A stretch of DNA of 64,000 nt. Origin: an uncultured Actinomycetes bacterium. GTDB taxonomy: Bacteria; Actinomycetota; Acidimicrobiia; IMCC26256; JANYLB01. Every line of letters starts with the position of its first letter. The stretch's first letter is position 1. Below, one piece after another: positions 9,582 through 18,992 of this stretch. A program made the translations under genes and the position numbers. The stretch is from NCBI GenBank assembly GCA_963837715.1, contig CAWIOF010000004.1, positions 1,222,552-1,286,551 of the forward strand. Reading direction: 5' to 3'. Below the pieces are notes generated by a model. It had not been told where the DNA came from and searched no databases. It saw only the letters and a program-made list of their open reading frames with translations.

Positions 9582-10628
9582 CTACCAGCCGCGGAGGTCG
9601 ACCGCCCAGGTCTCGAGGACACGACCGTCGGCGGCGGCGAGGTACATGCGCTCGTGGTACGCGACGGTGGGGTCGACGTGGGCCGGCCAGACCCGGACGT
9701 GGTCGCCGACGCCGCGTCGGTGGGCGCCGTCGTCCGGTCGGAACGTGATGTGCTCGTCGGAGCAGAAGAGCACCTCGGCGTCGTCGATGCTCGGGTTGCC
9801 GTGGTCCATGCCGAGCGCCTTGAGTCCGCAGTCGGCGACGATCCAGCCCCCGTTCGAGCGGTTGGTCGCCACCGAGATCACCGTCGCCTCGACGTGCAGC
9901 GCCCGCCGGAACGGAAGCCCGAGCTTGCCGTAGGCGGTGTCCATCAGCGCGTAGGAGCCGGCCTGGATCTCGGTGCACCAGGTGTTGAGGTCGAACGTTC
10001 CCGTTCCGCCGCCCGACACGAGGTCGCCACCGACGAGCTCGTGGGCGCGCAGCAGCTTGGTCATGCTGCGCTCCGTCTGTTCCGCGCGCCAGGCGCGGTC
10101 GTCGTTGCCGACGACGTGACCCTCGTACCCCATCACCCCGCGTACCTCGAGGTCGCGCGCGCGGGCGGCGTCGGCGATTCGACCGGCATCCTCCGGTCGA
10201 CAGCCGCACCGGGGGAGTCCGACGTCGACGTCGACGACGACTTCCTTGATGCCTGCGTTGGCCGCGGCCGCGATTGTTGCCTCGGAGTCGACGGCGACGG
10301 TGACGCGTGCGTCGAGGTCGGCCATCGCGCGGAGGCGATCGGCGCTCACGGTTTCGTTGGCGAGGAGCAGATCGGCGCCGAGCCCGGCGTTCGCCATGCC
10401 GATGACCTCACGGGTGGTCGCGCAGGTGAAGCCGGTGTGGCCGAGCTCGTGTTGGCGCCGCGCGAGGGCTGTGGTCTTGTGGGCCTTGACGTGCGGACGA
10501 CAAGTCAGCTCGGGGAGTGCGGCGGCCATGGTCGTGAGGTTGTGCTCGAGCGCATCGGCGTCGACGACGAGCGCCGGCGTGGGAAGCGCGGCAACGGTCG
10601 GCGGGGAGCTGCTCGGCGGCGGGTTCAT
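9582..10628 (-). CDS. DSD1-type PLP enzyme (D-serine dehydratase / D-threonine aldolase-like, alanine racemase N-terminal fold)
   Basis: 348-aa ORF. RPHVKAHKT PLP-lysine motif and C-terminal HVDPTV-type metal/substrate region typical of this family. Confidence 0.75.
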   Translation of the reverse strand: MNPPPSSSPPTVAALPTPALVVDADALEHNLTTMAAALPELTCRPHVKAHKTTALARRQHELGHTGFTCATTREVIGMANAGLGADLLLANETVSADRLRAMADLDARVTVAVDSEATIAAAANAGIKEVVVDVDVGLPRCGCRPEDAGRIADAARARDLEVRGVMGYEGHVVGNDDRAWRAEQTERSMTKLLRAHELVGGDLVSGGGTGTFDLNTWCTEIQAGSYALMDTAYGKLGLPFRRALHVEATVISVATNRSNGGWIVADCGLKALGMDHGNPSIDDAEVLFCSDEHITFRPDDGAHRRGVGDHVRVWPAHVDPTVAYHERMYLAAADGRVLETWAVDLRGW

Positions 10629-10651
10629 GGCCGTGGGAGCATGGCACGCAC

Positions 10652-11023
10652 ATGGCCACGCCTGTCGAGGAACGCACGCCCGTCACCGAACCGATCCACA
10701 CCGTGGATCTCCCGGCCGGCCCGCAGCGCGACACGATGATCCCCGCGACCCTCTGGGTCGAGGCACCGCCCGAGCTGCTCGAGTTGGGGGCCGACCTGGG
10801 CCACGATCTCGCGGCCTACATCCGCCGCATCGGCCGGTTCCTGCTCTGGCGCTCGGGTCCCGCGGTGGGTGGCGACTCCCGCTACCTCGCCCTCGCCGCC
10901 GACGATCTCACCGAGCAGTACACCTACCGCCTCTTCTCCGACGGCACCGGTGAAGGATTCGGTCCCGACGCCGTCCCCCAGACCCGCTTCCGCACCTGGA
11001 AAGAATCGCTGCGGGACGGGTAG
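10652..11023 (+). CDS. hypothetical protein
   Basis: 123-aa ORF with coding-like GC3 and no motif I recognise. It lies only 23 nt from the divergent upstream start, so the true start may be the internal ATG at 10736. Confidence 0.4.
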   Translation: MATPVEERTPVTEPIHTVDLPAGPQRDTMIPATLWVEAPPELLELGADLGHDLAAYIRRIGRFLLWRSGPAVGGDSRYLALAADDLTEQYTYRLFSDGTGEGFGPDAVPQTRFRTWKESLRDG

Positions 11024-11153
11024 CGAAATTTCGTCCGAGCGTGCTGTGGGCGCGGTTCTGCTCGAACTAGATGGAAACGATGACGCGATATCGGCAGTTC
11101 AGGCATGCCGCCGGCGGCGCGTACTCCACGAATCGCGGTCCCCGTCCGATGGG

Positions 11154-11633
11154 TCAGCTTGAGTCTGGCGCGCGGTCGAACAACGTCAGCTCGGCCGCAT
11201 CGGGCGCATCGAAGAGTCGAAGCCACCCCTCGAGGTCGGCGCGACGGATCGGGTAGCTGTCCCAGGGCGAATGCGAGTTCCGTGCATCGATTCGTCGCCA
11301 GAGTTCGTCGGCAGGCACATCGATGTAGTGCAGTTCGACGCCGACACCAAGGCCACGAGCCACGGATCGCATCTCGTCACGTTCGATCCGCGCCCAGAGC
11401 CCAAAATCGAGGACGACGCTCAGGCCAAGGCGCAGGATCTCTTGGGCGAGCTGCCACAGTTCGTGTTCCACCCTCTCCTGGGTCGGCGCGTCCCAAGGAG
11501 TGGAGCCAAGGGCCCAAAGCCATTCATCCTTCGTGAGGCGCACGGCGCTCCGGTCCGTGGCGAGCTGCCTCGCGAGCGTGGTCTTGCCCGCCCCGGGCAA
11601 CCCGCAGGTAAGGATCAGTCGGGCTTGGCTCAC
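11154..11633 (-). CDS. P-loop kinase / AAA_33-like ATP-binding protein
   Basis: GTG 11633 inside ORF 11154..11822 gives VSQARLILTCGLPGAGKTTLA (Walker A close to the N-terminus), followed by a DxxxR-type lid region. Confidence 0.7.
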   Translation of the reverse strand: MSQARLILTCGLPGAGKTTLARQLATDRSAVRLTKDEWLWALGSTPWDAPTQERVEHELWQLAQEILRLGLSVVLDFGLWARIERDEMRSVARGLGVGVELHYIDVPADELWRRIDARNSHSPWDSYPIRRADLEGWLRLFDAPDAAELTLFDRAPDSS

Positions 11634-11848
11634 AGCGATCCACACTCGCGCGCTGCGCTTCGCTTCGCCAGGGCACGCACATTGCCCGTGAGTGCGCGCG
11701 GTGTCACGGGCTGCTGCGCCCAGATCGCCGGGTCGCATCGCCGTCTGAGGAGGGGCCTCGCCGGCCAGAGTGTTCTCGGGAAATGTTCCGCCGAGCGCCG
11801 TGGTGGGGGGTATCTGTCCCACCCTCGTGGTTCGATGTTCTCGTGTTC

Positions 11849-13065
11849 ATGGAGGAACTGCATGCCGCTCGTTCTGCGCTCGAGGCTGCTGCCGGCGGCT
11901 TCGATGCGTCGTGTTCGGGGCGGGACGCGGTCCGGTTCCTGGAGGAGTTGGGTCGCATCAGTCGGTTGACGGACGGGATGACGGCGAAGGTCGCGAAACG
12001 CATCGCCGACACGAACTCACATGTGGAGCATGGCGATCGGTCAGCGGCGGAGTTGTGTGGGCGGTTGGTCGGTGTCGGGACCGGTGCGGCGAAGCGGGCG
12101 ATCGACAACGCGAACCGGCTCGAGGTCCTCCCGGAGACGGATGCGGCGGTGCGGGAAGGTCGGTTGTCGGCGCGGCGAAGCCGAGATGATCTCGGCGGTG
12201 GCGGTGCACGACCCGTCGGCGCAGACCGAGTTGTTGGCGGTGGCCGGGCACGGGTTTCGAGCGCTGCAGGATGCGTGTGTCGCGGCACGGGCGCGGACCG
12301 AGGATCAAGCTGCCCGGGCGAAGCGGCAGCACGTTGCCCGCTCGTTGAGCATGTGGAACAACGTCGACGGGATGCTCGAGGGGCACTTCCGGTTGACGCC
12401 CGAAGTCGGCGGCCGGTTGAAGACCGCGATCGAGGAACACGCCAAGCGGGTGTTCCGGTCGAAGTGGCGCGAAGGTGTTCGGGACCGTAGCGACGCGTAC
12501 GCCGCTGACGCGCTCGCGGCGCTCGTGCTCGGCGAACCCGACGCCGGGCAGGCCGCGGCCGAACCGGCCGGGGACGCAGAGAAGGCCCGGCGCGACCGCG
12601 AAGAAGACAGTGGGCTACACGACGCACATCGTGATCGACCAGGCGGTGCTGGCGCGGGGGTTCGCGTTGGCGGGTGAGACGTGTGAGATCCCCGGGGTCG
12701 GACCGGTGAACGCCCAGTGGGTGCGCGAGGTCCTGGGTGAGTCGTTCGTGACGGCGATCATCAGGAACGGCAAGGACATCTCCACCGTCGCGCATCTGGG
12801 GCGGCACATCCCGGCTGAGTTGCGGACCGCGATGATCGTCAGTGGTCGGGAGTGCTCCGTCGAGGGATGCTCGTGTCGGGAGTACCTCGAGCTCGATCAC
12901 TGTGAGATCGACCACGCGAGGGGTGGCCCCACGGCGCGGTGGAACCTGGCGTGGTTGTGTTCACCGGATCACAAGCGAAAAACCCGGGGCTGGCGTCTCG
13001 GCCCGCCCGATCCCGTGACCGGAAAACGACGACTCGACCCACCAGGGGCATCGCGCGCAGCCTGA
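11849..13065 (+). pseudogene. DUF222/HNH endonuclease (13E12-type), two frame disruptions
   Basis: The N-terminal DUF222 part is in ORF 11783..12490 (from ATG 11849), the middle part in ORF 12021..12677, and the HNH part (LELDHCEIDH...WNLAWLCSPDHKRKT) in ORF 12475..13065. Junctions at about 12173 and 12560-12600; length is 3n+2. Confidence 0.8.
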
Positions 13066-13127
13066 ACCGGAGCGTCGAGGCGTGTGAATCCGGGTGACCG
13101 GCTGCCCTGTGGGAACATGACGGGCAG

Positions 13128-14114
13128 ATGGCAGAGACACGCGAACCGGGTTGGTACGCCGACCCCTGGGGCACCGACGACGAGCGCTACTTCGACGGCA
13201 GCGCCTGGACCCGTCAGGTCCGCCCCCCGGGTCAGAGCGGCGCGGCCCTCTCGCAGGCGGTCGTCGCGCCCATCATCGCGCCCGTCGACGCAGGCTCAGC
13301 GACTGGATCGGCGATCGGAGCCTCGGGTGGCACGTCGGCCGGCGATGCCGTGGTGCCTCCGGCCGGGCCCGACGGACCGTCGGGTTCGCCGGCGGCACCC
13401 CCGGTCGCCGGCTGGCACTCCGATCCATGGCGTGAGGCGACCTGGCGCTGGTGGGACGGCACCCAATGGACCGGCTACACCGACAAGACCACCCCGATGT
13501 CGACGAGCGCGGCGGTCGCAGCCGAGCTCGCCACGGAGCGCACCTGGGCCCGCTGGGCGCGGATCGCGGTGACCATCAACCCGGTGTTCCAGATCCTGGC
13601 GCTCGTGGGCGCATCGATCCAATGGCGCTGGATCGCCGACCACTGGGACGACGTGGTCAACGGCACCGGTTCCACGGCGGGGCCGAGCAGCGCCTCGATC
13701 TTCAGCTACCTCGGACTTCCCGCCCTCGGGGTGGTCGTGCTCCTGATCCTGTGGCTCTACCGAGCCGGCGCCACGGCCCGGGCGGCCGGTCTCCCGCTGC
13801 GTCGCGACCCCGGCCTCGGCGCGGTGTCGTTCATCATCCCCGTCCTGCAGTTGTGGTGGCCGTACCGCGCCGCCCGCGATGCCGTGGGCGCCGATGCGCG
13901 CGCACAGCAACTCGTCGTGCGCTGGTGGACCGCCTGGATCGCATCGACGTTCGGCGCGTTCATCGTGTTCGGCGCCGCGTTCCTCCCGGAGATCTTCTCG
14001 ATCGTCGCAGTGGCGCTCGTCGCCTCGATCAGTGTCATCGCCGCGCTGACCGGTCGCGCGGTCGTGAACGCGATGCTCGCGACCCACGAGTCACTCGCCG
14101 ACCAAGCCGGCTAG
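13128..14114 (+). CDS. DUF2510 (x2) + DUF4328-type membrane protein
   Basis: Two GWYADPWG / GWHSDPW...WWDGTQWT repeats are followed by four or more hydrophobic helices with a WWPYRAARD motif. Confidence 0.65.
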   Translation: MAETREPGWYADPWGTDDERYFDGSAWTRQVRPPGQSGAALSQAVVAPIIAPVDAGSATGSAIGASGGTSAGDAVVPPAGPDGPSGSPAAPPVAGWHSDPWREATWRWWDGTQWTGYTDKTTPMSTSAAVAAELATERTWARWARIAVTINPVFQILALVGASIQWRWIADHWDDVVNGTGSTAGPSSASIFSYLGLPALGVVVLLILWLYRAGATARAAGLPLRRDPGLGAVSFIIPVLQLWWPYRAARDAVGADARAQQLVVRWWTAWIASTFGAFIVFGAAFLPEIFSIVAVALVASISVIAALTGRAVVNAMLATHESLADQAG

Positions 14115-14130
14115 CGCATCCCGGCTTCGT

Positions 14131-14937
14131 TCAGGTGCCGGTCCACTTCGGCGCGCGCTTCTCGGCGAACGCGGTGGCACCTTCGATCGAGTCCTTGGTG
14201 GAGAAGACCTCGATCGCGAGTTCGTAGTTGCGGGGCCACGCCTCGGCTTCGGTCAGGTCGCGTGCCTCGCGTACCATGGTGCGAGAGTTGCGGACCGCGA
14301 TCGGTGCGTTGGCACAGACCCGCTCGGCGAGCGCGAGCGCGGCGTCGAGCACGTCGGCGCGGGGAACGACCCGATTGACGAGTCCGAGCTCGAATGCACG
14401 ACCGGCACTGATCGGATCGCCGGTGATGGCGAGTTCCATCGCGGTGGCGGTCGGGATCCGGTTGGGGAGTCGGATGAGCCCACCGGCGGCGGCGAAGAGG
14501 CCCCGTTTCACCTCGGGGATCCCGAAGTTGGCGTCGTCGGCGGCGACGACGAGATCGCAGGCGAGCACGATCTCGAACCCGCCCGCGAGGGCATGCCCGT
14601 TCACCGCCGCGATGATCGGCTTCGAGAACTCGCGGGTGGTGATGCCACCGAACCCGCCACGCTTGGTGGCGAGCTGGCCACCTTCGCTCCTCGCGACGCG
14701 CTTGAGGTCGGCGCCGGCGCAGAACACGTCGCCGGTACCCGTGACGATCACCGCGAGGATCGTGTCGTCGGCCTCGCAGGCGTCGAGTGCGGCTTCCATC
14801 CCGTGGGCGACGTCGCCGTTCACCGCGTTCTTGGCCTCGGGTCGGTTGATCCGCAGGATGGCGACGGATCCGCGCCGCTCCTGGACGATCGCTTGCGTGT
14901 CGGTCTCGCTGGGCGTGTCGGCTGCTTCGCTGCTCAT
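14131..14937 (-). CDS. enoyl-CoA hydratase/isomerase (crotonase) family
   Basis: LRINRPEAKNAV and VFCAGADLK oxyanion-hole motifs; 268 aa. Confidence 0.85.
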   Translation of the reverse strand: MSSEAADTPSETDTQAIVQERRGSVAILRINRPEAKNAVNGDVAHGMEAALDACEADDTILAVIVTGTGDVFCAGADLKRVARSEGGQLATKRGGFGGITTREFSKPIIAAVNGHALAGGFEIVLACDLVVAADDANFGIPEVKRGLFAAAGGLIRLPNRIPTATAMELAITGDPISAGRAFELGLVNRVVPRADVLDAALALAERVCANAPIAVRNSRTMVREARDLTEAEAWPRNYELAIEVFSTKDSIEGATAFAEKRAPKWTGT

Positions 14938-14962
14938 GCCGGGGACCGTATCCGACGGGGGC

Positions 14963-16268
14963 TCAGCTCAGCTCGGGTCCCGGCGGCATCGGGACCGCGT
15001 CGGCTTCGCCGTGGAAGGGGGTGTCGAGCGCGTCGGAGAACGCGGGCCGGGCGATGCGGGCGAACACGAGCATCACGAGCATCAGCGCGGCGGAGCCGGC
15101 GGTCACGATCCGCAGTCCCCACGCGTCGGCGAGCGCGCCCTGGATCACTGCGCCGAGCGGGTAGACGGAGCCGAGGAGCACCATCAGCACGCTCATCACG
15201 CGCCCGCGCACGGCCGTGGGTGATCGCAGTTGGGCGATGCTCGTGAAGCTCGACAACGCGCCGAGGTAGAGGAACCCGACGACGAGCAGCGCGCCGGCCG
15301 CCACCGCGAGCGTGGGAGACGCGGCGTAGAGGATGAGCGAGACCGGGAGCAGGTAGAGCACGCCGAGGAGGACCCGGCGCGAGCCGAGGCGTGCCACGAG
15401 GATCCCGAGGGAGAGTGCCATGGTGACCGCGCCGATGCCCTGCGCGGTGACCAGGACCGAGGTCGCGCCGGGTCCGCCGTCGAGCACCTCGAGTGCCATC
15501 GTCGGGATCAGCGCGATGAAGGGGGCCGCGAGGAGCGAGTTGAGCGTCATGTAGCCGACGACGACACGGAGGCCCGGCTCGTGGCGCACGAACCGCATCC
15601 CCTGGCGGATCGAACCCGAGGATCGACGAGCCGTCGTGCGGAGCAGGGTCGGGGAGTCGCAGGACGAGCAGCACCGCGATGACGGCAAGGAAGCTCGCAG
15701 TGTTGACCGCGAAGGCCCACGAGTAGCCACCGGCGGCGATGACGATCCCGGCGAGCGCAGGGCCGACGACCCGCCCGAGGTTCCACTGCGCCGACGAGAG
15801 CGCGACGGCACCGACGAGCTCCTCCTTCGGGACGAGGTCGGGGAGGATCGCGTTGAAGGCAGGGAAGCCGAGCGACTGGGTGCAGCCGGCGAGGAACACG
15901 ATCCCGGCGACGACCCCGGGCGACGGCGTGCCGGTGGCGGCGAGGAACGTGAGGATCCCGGCCAGCACCGTCTGGACGCTCGTCGTCGCGAGGAGCAGAC
16001 GGCGGCGAGGCCAGCGATCGGCGAGTGCACCGCCGAACGGTCCGACGAGCGCGGCGGGGACGAAGTTCGCGGCGGCGACGAGTCCGGTCCACGCCGCCTG
16101 GCCCGTGGTCTCCTGCACGAGGATCCCGACGGCCACCGCTTCCATCCACGTGCCGATGTTGGAGACGAACGCGCCGCTCCACAGCAGGGCGAACTGTCGA
16201 TGGCGGAGCGGTGCGACGGCGCGGGTGAGGTCCAACGCTCCCGAACCTAGCTGGCTCGGATCGTCCAC
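14963..16268 (-). pseudogene. MFS transporter (EntS/MFS_3-like), frame-disrupted (or sequencing error)
   Basis: The N-terminal six helices are in ORF 14934..16451 (start GTG 16268 or TTG 16235). The C-terminal half, beginning IRQGMRFVRHEPGL, is in ORF 14963..16030. Junction about 15613; length is 3n+1. Confidence 0.8.
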
Positions 16269-16290
16269 CGACCTGCCGTAGCCTGCGCCC

Positions 16291-16548
16291 GTGGCCGATC
16301 CGCGACCTGCCCCGCGACCCGATCCACGACCCGATGGCAGGATCGTGGAGCTCGTGAACCTCCCGAGCCGGTTCGAAGCCGACCTGTTGATGGCGCGACT
16401 CGACGAAGCCGGGATCCAGACCATGGCGAAGTACGGCGACGCCGACGGCATGGCCCCGTCGATCGGCTTGCTCGACGGCTACCGGGTGTGCGTCTTCGAC
16501 GAGGACCTGGATCAGGCCAAGGTCCTCCTCGACGACCTGACGGACTGA
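16291..16548 (+). CDS. small DUF2007-like protein
   Basis: 85-aa ORF. The FEADLLMARLDEAGI...DEDLDQAKVLL pattern resembles putative signal-transducing DUF2007 proteins. Confidence 0.5.
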   Translation: MADPRPAPRPDPRPDGRIVELVNLPSRFEADLLMARLDEAGIQTMAKYGDADGMAPSIGLLDGYRVCVFDEDLDQAKVLLDDLTD

Positions 16549-16556
16549 ACCATCCG

Positions 16557-17291
16557 GTGCGTAGGCGCGGTGTGGTCGTGTGCTTCGCCTTCGCGATGCT
16601 CGCGGTCGCCGCGTGTGCGTCGGAGTCGAGCGGGTCGCGAGGCGAGGGAAGCCCCTCGACGGTCGCGGGGCTGCCGACCGGCGACGACGCCACCGTCGCG
16701 CGGGTCGTCGACGGCGACACGATCGTCGTCAGGATCGACGGGCGTGACACCACCGTCCGGCTCATCGGCATCGACACTCCGGAGACGAAGGATCCGCGCA
16801 AGCCGGTGCAGTGCTTCGGGCGCGAAGCCTCGGACCGGACCGGGCAGCTGCTCCCGGAAGGGACGGCCGTCCGCCTCGGCTACGACGTCGAACGCAACGA
16901 TCGCTACGGGCGGCTCCTCGCGTACGTCTACGACGCCCGCGACGGTGGCTTCGTGAACGCGGCGCTGGTGCGCGACGGCTACGCGTCGGCCTACACGTAC
17001 CCGCCCAACGTCGCGCACGCCGACGAGTTCGTCGACCTCCAACGTGCGGCGCGTGATGCGGGACGTGGTCTCTGGGGCGCGTGTCCCGTCACGCCGCAAC
17101 CGACTGCCATACCCGATTCGGGAGGGGACGGATGCGATCCGGCCTATCCCGATGGGTGCATCCCACCACCTCCGCCCGATCTCGACTGTGGCGACGTCGC
17201 GGCCAGGGGCTTCCGGGTGCTGGCGCCCGATCCACACCGTTTCGACAGCAACGGCGACGGCGTCGGCTGCGAAGGACCGCCGACCAGCTGA
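16557..17291 (+). CDS. secreted thermonuclease (SNase) lipoprotein with C-terminal excalibur Ca-binding domain
   Basis: GTG 16557 gives a signal peptide with the lipobox LAVAAC. SNase motifs VVDGDTIVV, RLIGIDTPE and DRYGRLLAYV are present. The C-terminal DCGD...DSNGDGVGCE is excalibur-like. Confidence 0.85.
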   Translation: MRRRGVVVCFAFAMLAVAACASESSGSRGEGSPSTVAGLPTGDDATVARVVDGDTIVVRIDGRDTTVRLIGIDTPETKDPRKPVQCFGREASDRTGQLLPEGTAVRLGYDVERNDRYGRLLAYVYDARDGGFVNAALVRDGYASAYTYPPNVAHADEFVDLQRAARDAGRGLWGACPVTPQPTAIPDSGGDGCDPAYPDGCIPPPPPDLDCGDVAARGFRVLAPDPHRFDSNGDGVGCEGPPTS

Positions 17292-17294
17292 CTC

Positions 17295-18119
17295 TCAGCG
17301 CCCCGGCTCCGGCGCGTCGGGCAGGTCGCCGGCGGGGCGGGGCCAGACGACGGGCGTGACCGCGCCCGCGATGGGAGCGCCGAGTTCGATGCCGTCGCGC
17401 TCGACCGACGGGTGTGGGAACGGGGAGCTGCGGGTGCAGCCGTCGCGGAAGAAGATCATCGTGTGCACCCGCCGCACGCGATCCGACGTGTTCGGCCGGG
17501 CCAGGTGGACGGTGAGGCCGTGGTGGAACGCGACCGCGCCGCACGGCACCTCGACGAGCACCGGTTCGGTCGACGCGACATCGGGGTGGGCGAGGATGTC
17601 TTCCGGCTCCGGGCCGAACACCCCGAAGATGTCGACGAACTGGTCGAGGCCCACCCGGTGGCTGCCGGGGACGTAAGCCATTGCTCCTGCGTCGCGGGTC
17701 GAGCCGTCGAAGGGGATCCACGCGGTGACCTGGTCGTGCTCGGCGATCGGCCAGTACGGGTGATCCTGGTGGGGATCGGTCGCGCGGCCGCCCGCCTCCT
17801 TGTACAGGGCCTGGTCGTGCCAGAGCCGAACGGCATCGGCACCGAGCAGCTCGGCGGCGACCCGGCCGATGCGCGGGTGGAACGTGAGCGGGAGCACCGA
17901 CGGGTTGTCTTCCCAGAGGTTCATGCACTGTTGGAACGACTGCTCGTAGCGGCTCTTCTGTTCCAGCGGGCGCGTGTCGTCGCGTTGGCGGGCGGCCACG
18001 GCGGCGTCGACCGCGGCGCCGTACTGCTCGAGCTCGCGGTCGGTGAGGAGATCCGGCACCACGACGAATCCGTCGCGCTCGAACTGGGCGACGAGATCGG
18101 GGGCCGCGAGCAGGCTCAT
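17295..18119 (-). CDS. phytanoyl-CoA dioxygenase (PhyH) family Fe(II)/2-oxoglutarate oxygenase
   Basis: ATG 18119 (MSLLAAPDLVAQFERDGF) overlaps the upstream stop (ATGA). HQDHPYW (HxD) and a distal His are present. Confidence 0.8.
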   Translation of the reverse strand: MSLLAAPDLVAQFERDGFVVVPDLLTDRELEQYGAAVDAAVAARQRDDTRPLEQKSRYEQSFQQCMNLWEDNPSVLPLTFHPRIGRVAAELLGADAVRLWHDQALYKEAGGRATDPHQDHPYWPIAEHDQVTAWIPFDGSTRDAGAMAYVPGSHRVGLDQFVDIFGVFGPEPEDILAHPDVASTEPVLVEVPCGAVAFHHGLTVHLARPNTSDRVRRVHTMIFFRDGCTRSSPFPHPSVERDGIELGAPIAGAVTPVVWPRPAGDLPDAPEPGR

Positions 18120-18946
18120 GGTTCGAGAGTGAGGCCCGCCGACGCAGGGTCCTCGAGCATCTGCGCGAACCGCTTGATCGCGTAGCCCGCGTACAAGCCG
18201 TCTTCGACGCGCTCGTCGTACGTCCACTTCAGCACGACGGTCCGACGTTTGCGGGTGGGGTCGGCCGGGTCGACACGCGGCCGGCCGTAGACGCAGAAGA
18301 TGCCGATGGTGCCGTACTCGTAGAGGTGGTGGTACACGGGTTCGAGGCCGATGCTTCCCAGGTTGGCGAAGAATGCGCTGGCGTACATCGGGTCGCCCCC
18401 GATGAACGCGTTCGGCAGCAGGCCGAGCGCGTCGATGCCGTGCACGAGCCGGAAACCGAGTCGCTTCAGCGGACCGGGCAGTTTCAGCACGAGGTCGAGC
18501 TCCTTGTCGACTCCGCTCGGCCCACCGAAGCGTTCGTCGCGGAGCTGTACCTGCATCTCGGTCACCATCTGTTCGAAGGTCTCCGACGGTTCGAACCGAC
18601 GCTTGATGATCACGATCGGCGAGCCCTCGGCGAGCTTGCGCTTCGCCGAGTACGAGAGCCAGATCCCGTCGCGCTGGTAGAGGCCGCCACCGGCGACGAA
18701 CCGGTTCAGGTTCGGGTACTTCTCGAACCCCTTCACCGCCGACCAGAGCAGCACGTGGAACGGGGTGATCTGTGTGTCGGGGTGCGACTCGTTGAAGCCG
18801 CGCACGAAGGCGTCGGTCTTCGTGAGGTCGAGCGTCTGCTCCCAGAAGATCGTCGACTCGTTCCGAGTCCGCATCATGTACGGCATGATCCGGCGGTACG
18901 CAGGGACGTCGCGCACCAGCGTCCCGTCGGCGCGCTGCTTCTTCAC
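18116..18946 (-). CDS. stand-alone 2-oxoacid dehydrogenase E2 catalytic-domain-like acyltransferase, catalytic His replaced
   Basis: 276 aa with no lipoyl or E3-binding domains. The C-terminal LKWTYDERVEDGLYAGYAIKRFAQMLEDP aligns to the E2/CAT DHRxxDG motif with Glu (18212-18214) in place of His. Confidence 0.65.
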   Translation of the reverse strand: MKKQRADGTLVRDVPAYRRIMPYMMRTRNESTIFWEQTLDLTKTDAFVRGFNESHPDTQITPFHVLLWSAVKGFEKYPNLNRFVAGGGLYQRDGIWLSYSAKRKLAEGSPIVIIKRRFEPSETFEQMVTEMQVQLRDERFGGPSGVDKELDLVLKLPGPLKRLGFRLVHGIDALGLLPNAFIGGDPMYASAFFANLGSIGLEPVYHHLYEYGTIGIFCVYGRPRVDPADPTRKRRTVVLKWTYDERVEDGLYAGYAIKRFAQMLEDPASAGLTLEP

Positions 18947-18992
18947 GGGTGCTGGGTCTTCATCGGCGTACGTTCCTCACGAGGAAGCGAGC

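Noticed and set aside
8077-10209. 710-aa form of amidase-2 and 767-aa form of the ABC permease (56686..58989)
   Set aside because: The N-terminal extensions are low-complexity Arg/Pro sequence overlapping the neighbouring real genes. Internal starts at 9534 and 58371 give family-typical lengths.
10652-13065. Prophage or integrative element
   Set aside because: There is no integrase, recombinase, phage structural gene, flanking direct repeat or tRNA target. The DUF222/HNH gene by itself is not a mobile-element marker.
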